From: Gammaproteobacteria bacterium
GTDB lineage: Bacteria; Pseudomonadota; Gammaproteobacteria; Eutrophobiales; Eutrophobiaceae
Direction of reading: 5' to 3'
Assembly: GCA_965116495.1 (NCBI GenBank)
Contig: OZ220696.1
Coordinates: forward strand, 1,440,001-1,504,000
DNA: 64,000 nucleotides
The notes beneath the pieces were generated by a model. That model was not told where the DNA came from, did no database searches, and worked only from the letters and a program-made list of their open reading frames with translations. Both the position numbers and the translations under genes were made by a program. Of the stretch, positions 18,804 to 26,582 are shown one piece after another (within the stretch, counting starts at the first letter, position 1; each line of letters starts with the position of its first letter).

Positions 18804-20632
18804 CGAATGTGTTTTTCCAGGTTTCCAGCTCGAACGCGTTTTCTTTCATACTCCTTTAGTAGTTTTTTTCGTAACCGGATATTGTCAGGTGTAACTTCCA
18901 CCAGTTCGTCGTCATTGATAAATTCCAGTGCCTGCTCCAACGAGAACTTCACGGGCGGGGTCAATAGAATATTGTCATCCTTGCCGGCAGCACGAATGTT
19001 GGTGAGTTGTTTGGCTTTGAGCGGATTAACCATAAGATCATTATCGCGGGAGTGGATGCCGACAATCATGCCTTCGTAAACATTCGTGCCGGGCTCTATC
19101 AGTAGCCGGCCGCGTGGCTGCAAGTTGAACAAGGGATAGGCCAGTGCCTTACCCTTACCGTTGGAAATCAGTACGCCATTGACTCTTTGATTGTTCAGCG
19201 TCGATTTTAACGGCCCGTAGTGGTCGAAAACATAATGCATCAGTCCTGTGCCTGCTGTTGCCGTCAGGTACTCAGTACGAAAACCGATGATACCGCGGGC
19301 GGGGATCAGGTAATCAAGCCTTATACGTCCCTTGCCGTCCGGCACCATGTCCTGCAAGCCGCCTCCGCGGGAACCCAGCAATTCCATAACGCTTCCCTGG
19401 TAACCGGCCTCCATATCGACGGTGAGTTGTTCATAGGGTTCGCATAATTGACCGTCGACATCCTTGATAATAACTTCAGGGCGCGAGACGCTGAACTCAT
19501 AACTTTCCCTGCGCATATTTTCTATCAGAATGGACAGGTGTAATTCGCCGCGACCGGAGACCCTGAACTTGTCGGAGTCGCCTGTTTCTTCAACGCGTAA
19601 GGCAACATTGTGTTTTAGTTCGCGGAACAATCGCTCGCTGAGTTGGCGCGAGGTGACGTATTTACCTTCCCGGCCGTTAAAAGGCGAGTCGTTGACCTGG
19701 AAGGTCATGGTGACCGTCGGTTCGTCAACGGTCAGTGGGGGTAAGGCTTCGACTGTATCCGGTTCACATAAGGTATCTGATATATCAAGTTCATCAATAC
19801 CGGCTATGGCGATAATATCGCCGGCAGACGCGCTGTTAATTTCAGTTCGTTCAAGACCGAGCAGACGAAACAGTTGCAGAATGCGTCCTCTGCGTATTTT
19901 ATTGTCTTTATCAATGATCGAAACAGGTGTATTGGATATCACTTTACCGCGGGTGATGCGGCCGATTCCAATTACCCCTATATAACTGTTGTAATCAAGT
20001 GCACTGACCTGAAATTGAAAAGCGCCATTTTCATTGACATCGGGCGCCGGGACTTTGGTTACGATAGTTTCAAATAATGCGGTCATGTCCTGGTCTTTAC
20101 AATCGGGATCAGGGCCGCTGTAGCCTTCTTTCGCGGATGTATATATCACCGGGAAATCCAGTTGTTCATCGCTGGCGCCAAGAAGATCAAATAAATCGAA
20201 GGTGCGGTGGAGCACCCAGTCAGGCCGCGCGCCGCTACGGTCAATCTTGTTTATTACGACGATAGGGGTCAGTTGGCGGGCCAATGCTTTTTGCGTGACA
20301 AAACGGGTTTGCGGCATCGGCCCCTCAACGGCATCGACCAGCAACAGCACTGAGTCGACCATAGACAAAATTCTTTCCACTTCTCCGCCAAAATCTGCGT
20401 GACCCGGGGTATCGATAATATTGATGCGATAGTCATTCCAGCGTAGCGCGGTATTCTTCGCCAGAATTGTGATGCCACGTTCTTTTTCGATGTCGTTGGA
20501 GTCCATGACGCGAACAGAACTCATGTCTCTCGCCTGCAGAGTGCCGGATTGTTTCAATAATTGATCCACCAGCGTCGTCTTGCCGTGATCTACATGGGCG
20601 ATAATAGCGATGTTACGAATTACTTCAGGCAT
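18800..20632 (-). CDS. typA: Translational GTPase TypA/BipA
   Basis: RNIAIIAHVDHGKTT, ERGITILAKN, DTPGHADFGGEVER, NKID, GRGELHL, DDELVEVTP. ATGA overlap with the downstream hydratase. Confidence 0.97.
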   Translation of the reverse strand: MPEVIRNIAIIAHVDHGKTTLVDQLLKQSGTLQARDMSSVRVMDSNDIEKERGITILAKNTALRWNDYRINIIDTPGHADFGGEVERILSMVDSVLLLVDAVEGPMPQTRFVTQKALARQLTPIVVINKIDRSGARPDWVLHRTFDLFDLLGASDEQLDFPVIYTSAKEGYSGPDPDCKDQDMTALFETIVTKVPAPDVNENGAFQFQVSALDYNSYIGVIGIGRITRGKVISNTPVSIIDKDNKIRRGRILQLFRLLGLERTEINSASAGDIIAIAGIDELDISDTLCEPDTVEALPPLTVDEPTVTMTFQVNDSPFNGREGKYVTSRQLSERLFRELKHNVALRVEETGDSDKFRVSGRGELHLSILIENMRRESYEFSVSRPEVIIKDVDGQLCEPYEQLTVDMEAGYQGSVMELLGSRGGGLQDMVPDGKGRIRLDYLIPARGIIGFRTEYLTATAGTGLMHYVFDHYGPLKSTLNNQRVNGVLISNGKGKALAYPLFNLQPRGRLLIEPGTNVYEGMIVGIHSRDNDLMVNPLKAKQLTNIRAAGKDDNILLTPPVKFSLEQALEFINDDELVEVTPDNIRLRKKLLKEYERKRVRAGNLEKHIR

Positions 20633-20663
20633 TAGGCTCTGTGTGGGGTAAACAACCCGGTGA

Positions 20664-21887
20664 CTAATCAGCTGTAATGCCGGCAATGATTCCCCGGTCG
20701 TGCAGGCCGCCGATGGCGGCGGCGCTCAAACCCAGGATCGTGGCGAGTATCTCGTCGGTATCGGCGCCGAGTTGCGGCGCCGGTGTGACCTGTCGGCGCG
20801 GTTCCGCCTCAAAGCGCAGAGGTGAACCGGGCATCAGGTATTCACCGATACCGGGTTGCAGGACAGTTGAAAAAACAGGGTTCTTGTCAGAACAGCGCGG
20901 ATCATGGTCTACCAGTTCGGAAAAAGTCTGGTACGGCCCCCAACACACACCGTGGGAATCGAATATCGATGCCAATTCTGCAAGGTCATAGCGCGCACAC
21001 CAGGGTTCCAATAAACCGATTATGGAGTCCGTGGCCTGGTAACGATCACCTTCCCGGTCGAGTTTCAATCCGCGTCCGGTTTCTATCTTGTTAAACTCCT
21101 GCTCAAGTTGAGATGCCGTGATCAGGTTCCGCCATTGTCTGTGAGTGATGGCCACCAGCATGATCTCATGCCCGTCCCTGGTTTTAAAATTGTGGCCGAA
21201 CGCACCGTACAACCGGTTACCGATAGCCTGACGTTGTGCGCCATTGATTTGCGCTTCAGCGACATGTCCCAGGTTGCCGACCATGGAAAATGCAATATCC
21301 GACAGCGCCAGCCTGACCAGTTGGCCGGAACCGTTAAGTCGTCGTTGGCGCTCTGCGACTACCACTGCCAGCGCTGCATTGATGCCTGTCAGCGCATCCC
21401 AAGCCGGAAACATGTGGTTGACCGGCGCAGGATCATCTGCTGATCCTGTCGCATAGGGAATACCCGTTGCGGAATTGATGGTGTAGTCAACCGCACTGCC
21501 CCCATCGGGGGTTCCCTGTACCTGTACCATGATCAGGTCGTCACGCCGTTTCTTCAATGCCGTATAGTCCAGCCAGTCCGACTGCGGGAAGTTGGTCAGG
21601 AAAATCCCCGCGTTGGGGGCATCCCCGGTGATCAGTGAAACGGCGAGTTCTTTTCCTTCGGGGGAGCGTAAATCGATGGCAATAGAGCGTTTGCCCTTGT
21701 TCAGACCCGACCAGTACAGGCTTTGTCCCTGTTCTGTCACTGGCCAGCGCCGGTAGTCCAGTCCGCCACCAATCGGGTCAAAGCGTATGACATCCGCCCC
21801 CAGTTGCGCCAGGGTCATGCCCCCCAGCGGCGCAGCGACAAAGGCGGAGCCTTCAACGATGCGCAGGTCTTTCAGCAGGTCATACAT
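20664..21887 (-). CDS. mct: Family III CoA-transferase, mesaconyl-CoA C1-C4 transferase (2-methylfumaryl-CoA isomerase)
   Basis: EGSAFVAAPLGGMTLAQLGADVIRFDPIGGGLDY, PAWD (catalytic Asp), LYGAFG and QPGIGEYLMPGSPL closely match Chloroflexus Mct as I recall it. Confidence 0.85.
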   Translation of the reverse strand: MYDLLKDLRIVEGSAFVAAPLGGMTLAQLGADVIRFDPIGGGLDYRRWPVTEQGQSLYWSGLNKGKRSIAIDLRSPEGKELAVSLITGDAPNAGIFLTNFPQSDWLDYTALKKRRDDLIMVQVQGTPDGGSAVDYTINSATGIPYATGSADDPAPVNHMFPAWDALTGINAALAVVVAERQRRLNGSGQLVRLALSDIAFSMVGNLGHVAEAQINGAQRQAIGNRLYGAFGHNFKTRDGHEIMLVAITHRQWRNLITASQLEQEFNKIETGRGLKLDREGDRYQATDSIIGLLEPWCARYDLAELASIFDSHGVCWGPYQTFSELVDHDPRCSDKNPVFSTVLQPGIGEYLMPGSPLRFEAEPRRQVTPAPQLGADTDEILATILGLSAAAIGGLHDRGIIAGITAD

Positions 21888-21892
21888 AGGAG

Positions 21893-22043
21893 TATCCGCA
21901 GCACAAGCGCAGATTTACGCAGACTAAAATCAGTCTTTTGAGGAACAGGTAAAATCTATGATACATGCAACTGTATTTACGCTGATAAACACACGGTTTT
22001 TTTGTGTTCTTACCTGCGTAAATCTGCGCTTGTGCTGCGGATA
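21893..22043. repeat. Inverted-repeat element of the CGCAGAT family, copy 1
   Basis: Perfect 30-bp IR TATCCGCAGCACAAGCGCAGATTTACGCAG at 21893-21922/22014-22043. Confidence 0.85.
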
Positions 22044-22058
22044 ATTCTCTCCTTTTTG

Positions 22059-22925
22059 TCAACTAGGCATCAGACCCAAGTCGAATTGCAGGTGGCTGAA
22101 CGGCACGGGAATGTTGTACCGGGCAGCCAGGTCGGCATCTTCGGACTCGGTGTAGCGGCCTATCAATGAACTCTTGGTGGCAAACACCGCGTCCGAGTCC
22201 AGGTATTCGTCGCCGTCGGAGAATACATGGGTCGTCAGCGACTCGTAGCCATCCGCGGAAACGATGAAATGGATATGCGCGGGACGCATGGCGTGACGGC
22301 CGCTGGCCCGGAGCAACTCACCAACGGGCCCGTCTGTCGGTACCGAATATGACAATGGTTTTTCCGTGACAAATGCATAGTTGCCCTCCGTGTCCGTGGT
22401 GAATATACCCCGCATATTATCTTCGGGCATTGAGTTATCCTGCACATCGTAGAAACCATTGGCCGCGGTTTGCCAGACGTCCAGTTTGGCGCCGGCTATC
22501 GGTTTGCCGTCCGGGTCCACCACCTTCCCTTGCACCAGTGCGACTTGCTCGGCATATTGCTGCTTTATGATGCTGGCGCCGCTCTCGTATTCCGGCGCGC
22601 CAGACACGTAAAATGGTCCCAGTACCGTGGACTCCGTCCCCTTGCCCGACTTGGGATGGTTGATCGCGTCCACCAGCATGGAGACGCCCATTACGTCTGA
22701 CAACAGGATAAATTCCTGGCGCTTGTCATCACAGGTCTGTCCAGTCCTGGTCAGGAACATGATGGCCTTGAACCATTCTTCTTCCGTCAACTCCACGTCC
22801 TTGACGAAAGCGTGCAGGTGTTTGAGCAGTGAAGTGATTATCTGCCTGAACCTGGGATCATCTGTTTTGGAGCCGTATTCCTCCAGAACGATTTCCGTTA
22901 AATTGTCGATGGTAAAATCACGCAT
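22059..22925 (-). CDS. Intradiol ring-cleavage dioxygenase (hydroxyquinol/chlorocatechol 1,2-dioxygenase-like)
   Basis: HLHAFVKDVELTEEEW, RQEFILLSD; Fe ligands in GPFY, GFYD and RPAHIH; DSDAVFA. Confidence 0.9.
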   Translation of the reverse strand: MRDFTIDNLTEIVLEEYGSKTDDPRFRQIITSLLKHLHAFVKDVELTEEEWFKAIMFLTRTGQTCDDKRQEFILLSDVMGVSMLVDAINHPKSGKGTESTVLGPFYVSGAPEYESGASIIKQQYAEQVALVQGKVVDPDGKPIAGAKLDVWQTAANGFYDVQDNSMPEDNMRGIFTTDTEGNYAFVTEKPLSYSVPTDGPVGELLRASGRHAMRPAHIHFIVSADGYESLTTHVFSDGDEYLDSDAVFATKSSLIGRYTESEDADLAARYNIPVPFSHLQFDLGLMPS

Positions 22926-22947
22926 GAGTAACCCCCATATGGATATT

Positions 22948-23226
22948 TCAGTAACTGATAACTATATCTTCCAAAGGCGTGACAGAGCACGGCAACATGC
23001 CTCCGTTATCTAGATTCGCCGGGTCAATGGTAGCATACCTTGACAAGGGCCGGAGCGATGTAACGCTACCTTTGAGCAAGCGCACACGGCAGGTCATGCA
23101 GCGGCCCTGTTGACAGCCGCAGGTCAACTGGTGCCCGGCCGCGTAAGCAGACTTCAGTATCGAGGCCTTCTCCCTGCAAAAAAATTCAACCGGCCCGGCA
23201 TCGGAAACCAGTGTCACCTTGTACAT
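22948..23226 (-). CDS. Plant-type 2Fe-2S ferredoxin (XylT-like)
   Basis: GCQQGRCMTCRVRLLKG...LPC. Starts 1 bp after the DUF1329 stop. Confidence 0.8.
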   Translation of the reverse strand: MYKVTLVSDAGPVEFFCREKASILKSAYAAGHQLTCGCQQGRCMTCRVRLLKGSVTSLRPLSRYATIDPANLDNGGMLPCSVTPLEDIVISY

Positions 23227-23227
23227 C

Positions 23228-24526
23228 TCAGCGCCCTTTGGCGCGCAACGCCTGCACGGTGAAATCCGTCTCGCGAAATGGCTTCTCCGGCAATATCGCC
23301 TTGAATTGCAAGGTGGTGCAGTGCAGTGCCTGGATATCTATCATGGAGACCGCATCGATGATCGGGACGCCCATACCCCGGTTGGAAAGGTGATGTCGGT
23401 CCGGGTGGGAATATGCGGCCATGGCGACCTTCCACAGGTTGCCGGGCTTGTCGAAGATGTGACCATAGACCGGCAGCATAGTCTGGGCATCCAGGTAATA
23501 CCGTCGCTTTGACAACGGATGTTGTTTCCAGTAAGGCTCAGCCTCCAATATGTAGGCCTTGCGCACGTGCCAGGTGACGTTCGGAAAACAATTGCCTTTA
23601 CCGTGAAAACCGATGAATTTGAATCCATCAAGCTGCTGACCGGCTTCCTCCAATGGTTGCTCGTCGTGGTTAAAGAAAGGTAGCAGGACCCAGGTGACTC
23701 CCTTGTAAGTCCATTTCTGGTCCATGATGCGGCCGTTATAGCCGAGAAAATCCTCAATCATGATATCGCTGCCCAGGAAGGCATCAGTAGTCTGTCCTGA
23801 CGCCAGGCGCCGGACGCGCCGGTGGCCGGAAAGATAAAGCCAGACCTGTTCCTGCTTGGTGTCGTCTTCCAGGCGTTGCACCAGCAATTGCGTGCCGCGT
23901 ATATCGGGCGGGGCCAGCACCTTCAGGTACAACGCATGGTAGATCTGTGATGGATTTCTGGGCATGGACGGAACAGGGTCCTGTACATGCCGGTGCATGA
24001 ACTTCATGGAACTTGCATAGAAGGACAACTGCCTTTCAATCCTGTTATTTCGCATATCCCGGTACTGCCAGTAAAAGCTGGCCACCTCGCCACTGTCGTA
24101 TGAGTAGGTATAACGCAGGTTCCAGGCCAGCTTGTCGCCAGCCCTGGGATCATCCGGTTGCGGTTCCCTGGGGAACGGCCTGCCTGCTACGTAATTACGG
24201 ATAATCCCTGGTTGTTCCCCAAGTTCGGTCGTATCCAGGTAGCGCTTTGTAGCCTCGAGGTAGGCCGGATGTGTAGGAATAGACAGGGCCTCGCTGGTGG
24301 TGATGGTTAAAAATTCATCACCGATCAACTCAACGAGCTTCGGCGCCAGGATATTGCTGAAAGATGCAACATTCTCTTTTGTGATGACCGTGCCCGGCGC
24401 GGGATTGAGCGATGCAATTTTTTCAGGGTCAACGGCAAACGACTGTTCGACAATGTCTGCCGTCACCACGGGGGGATTAACCAGCAGGCAGAAAAACAAT
24501 GTACGAGTCAGGGTTTGCAATGTCAT
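23228..24526 (-). CDS. DUF1329 periplasmic protein (LolA-like), copy 2
   Basis: Signal peptide MTLQTL..., GRPFP, KLAWN, RRVRRLASGQTTDAFLGSDIMIEDF. The ORF-track N-terminal MTGMAG repeats are non-coding repeat DNA. Confidence 0.85.
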   Translation of the reverse strand: MTLQTLTRTLFFCLLVNPPVVTADIVEQSFAVDPEKIASLNPAPGTVITKENVASFSNILAPKLVELIGDEFLTITTSEALSIPTHPAYLEATKRYLDTTELGEQPGIIRNYVAGRPFPREPQPDDPRAGDKLAWNLRYTYSYDSGEVASFYWQYRDMRNNRIERQLSFYASSMKFMHRHVQDPVPSMPRNPSQIYHALYLKVLAPPDIRGTQLLVQRLEDDTKQEQVWLYLSGHRRVRRLASGQTTDAFLGSDIMIEDFLGYNGRIMDQKWTYKGVTWVLLPFFNHDEQPLEEAGQQLDGFKFIGFHGKGNCFPNVTWHVRKAYILEAEPYWKQHPLSKRRYYLDAQTMLPVYGHIFDKPGNLWKVAMAAYSHPDRHHLSNRGMGVPIIDAVSMIDIQALHCTTLQFKAILPEKPFRETDFTVQALRAKGR

Positions 24527-24556
24527 GATTACTTGTATAAGACGTATGTTTTTTAT

Positions 24557-24781
24557 GCCACAGAGGACACAGAAATGTATTTTTGCCATTCCTGTCATTC
24601 CCGCCATTCCTGTCATTCCCGCCACTCCTGTCATTCCCGCCATTCCTGTCATTCTGGCGAATGCCAGAATCCAGTCAAAAAATTATTCATTATTTATAAG
24701 GTACATTTGTTTGCCGGATTCCGGGTCAAGCCCGGAATGACGTCTATTGGCTAACTCTGTGTCCTCTGTGTCCTCTGTGGC
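24557..24781. repeat. Nested palindromic element: outer CACAGAG IR around an 18-bp tandem array and a REP pair
   Basis: 17-bp IR at 24557-24573/24765-24781; about 4 x GCCAYTCCTGTCATTCCC at 24585-24654; REP hairpins at 24648-24675 and 24714-24741. Confidence 0.8.
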
Positions 24782-24790
24782 TTTAACGGT

Positions 24791-26368
24791 TTAATCTGCG
24801 GCATCTGCGGATTTTTTCATGAACAAATTCACGTCATGGGGATTGACAAGGTCTGCCACTGTCCAGCCGTTAACGTCGTATTCGTCCATGCACTGCTGGG
24901 CAAAGTCCTTGAGTTGCTTGTCCAGGCCGGTGCCCTGCGCATTCCATAGCGCCTCAATCCGGATGTTTTCGTTATTGCCGGAGTAATTGCGCTCATACAG
25001 TTCATGGCGGCCGCCGAATTCGGTGCCTATGGCATCCCACAACAGGCGCATGGTCTTGACCCTGTCTTCCGCGTCGTGGCCGTATGAACCGCGCAGGTAT
25101 TTATCCAGGTAACCTTTCAATTCCGGCACATTAAAATCCGAAGCATGGGAGTTCAGGTAAATCAGGCCGCTGGCGACCATGTTCTCGATCAACTCTTTCG
25201 CCCGGGGGTAGGCCATGGTCATCAGCACCCGGTACACATGGCCGGCGTGGCCGTTCGGTACTTTCGCCCCCTTGAAATCGTCGGGCATGCCACACATGGC
25301 GTCCGATAACGCCCAGAACAGGTGCCGCCAGACGATCATTTCACCGATTGCCACCTGCACGCCGCGAAAATCCTTGGTGCCGGTGATCTCCAGGGCTTTC
25401 ATGAATAAGCCAGTGATAAAATCAAACTTGACTGCGAGACGGGTGCAACCGTGAAAGGCAAACGTGTAGGCCCAGCCGGATGTGCCCAAGAAAGTGCTGG
25501 CCGCGTCCAGGTCCTCGTAGATAAAGATATCCTCCCAGCGCATCAGGGCATTGTCCAGTATCAATATCGCGTCGTTTTCATCCAGCCGGCTTGACAGCGG
25601 GTTATCGAACGGACTGCCCATTACTTCCGCGGCATACGAATAAGAAGGACGGCACAGCAGCTTGACACCGGGGGTGTTCATTTTCAACATGCCGCTGATG
25701 GCAAAGCGTTTATCCTTCACGGGTATCGGCCCGTACTGGCCGAGGAAATTGTAATGGGTCAATGCCGACCCGGTAGCCACCACCTTGGCGCCGGAGATAA
25801 TAATGCCTTCGTCGGTTTCCCTGACGCAGTGCATATAAACGTCTTCTATCTCCTCGTGGGATTTATTGCGGTCTACCGGGGGATTGACCAGGGCATGATT
25901 CAGGAAAGGCACGCGTTCCTGGGCATTCCTGTACCAGCTCCGGGCGTTGCCGGCATAATCACCGAAGTACTCCGGGTTAAACCCCAGGGTCAGCATAAGG
26001 CTGGCCTTGTAGTCAGGGGTACGTCCCATCCAGCCATAGGTCAGGCGCGCCCATTGGGCAATCGCTTCACGTTGCGCAATCACGTCCTCACGCGTGCGCG
26101 CCACCTTGAAATAGGGGTGGGTAAAACCGCCGTTGCCGGTATCCGTAGCGGTGCGCAGGTGCGGGTATTCCTTCTCGTTATGCAACGCGTTATACAGCCG
26201 CGCCATCATCCTGGCAGGATTGCGAAACGCTGGATGCTCCGTTACGTCTTTCACGCGCTCGCCGTAGATCCAGATTTCCCGGTCGTCTTTCAGGTCCGCC
26301 AGAAATTCATCGCCGGTATACGGACGAACATTGTTTTCCATATCTTCTTTCTCGGGCATGCCACTCAT
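24791..26368 (-). CDS. FADH2-dependent phenol hydroxylase, oxygenase component (HpaB/NphA1/PheA1 family)
   Basis: GERVKDVTEHPAFRN, TDTGNGGFTHP, GRTPDY, NHALVNPP, SRLDEND, GTEFGGRHELYERNY. Confidence 0.9.
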   Translation of the reverse strand: MSGMPEKEDMENNVRPYTGDEFLADLKDDREIWIYGERVKDVTEHPAFRNPARMMARLYNALHNEKEYPHLRTATDTGNGGFTHPYFKVARTREDVIAQREAIAQWARLTYGWMGRTPDYKASLMLTLGFNPEYFGDYAGNARSWYRNAQERVPFLNHALVNPPVDRNKSHEEIEDVYMHCVRETDEGIIISGAKVVATGSALTHYNFLGQYGPIPVKDKRFAISGMLKMNTPGVKLLCRPSYSYAAEVMGSPFDNPLSSRLDENDAILILDNALMRWEDIFIYEDLDAASTFLGTSGWAYTFAFHGCTRLAVKFDFITGLFMKALEITGTKDFRGVQVAIGEMIVWRHLFWALSDAMCGMPDDFKGAKVPNGHAGHVYRVLMTMAYPRAKELIENMVASGLIYLNSHASDFNVPELKGYLDKYLRGSYGHDAEDRVKTMRLLWDAIGTEFGGRHELYERNYSGNNENIRIEALWNAQGTGLDKQLKDFAQQCMDEYDVNGWTVADLVNPHDVNLFMKKSADAAD

Positions 26369-26395
26369 ATCAATCTCTTTAATAAAATATTTTTG

Positions 26396-26535
26396 TCCGC
26401 AGATGACGCAGATGAACGCAGATTAAAATAAAGATAAGAAACTGTAGATAGAAACTAAAGACTCATAATCGGATAGATTATTTCAGTTACTATAAAGACT
26501 TGTTTTTATCTGCGTTCATCTGCGTCATCTGCGGA
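26396..26535. repeat. Inverted-repeat element of the CGCAGAT family, copy 2
   Basis: Perfect 28-bp IR TCCGCAGATGACGCAGATGAACGCAGAT at 26396-26423/26508-26535, with a partial third arm at 26551-26570. Confidence 0.85.
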
Positions 26536-26582
26536 TATATTCTTACATACCGTCATCTGCGGACAAAAAACCTGCGGATAAA

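Noticed and set aside
24527-24652. MTGMAG-repeat N-terminus of DUF1329
   Set aside because: It is translated repeat DNA; the signal peptide starts at 24526.
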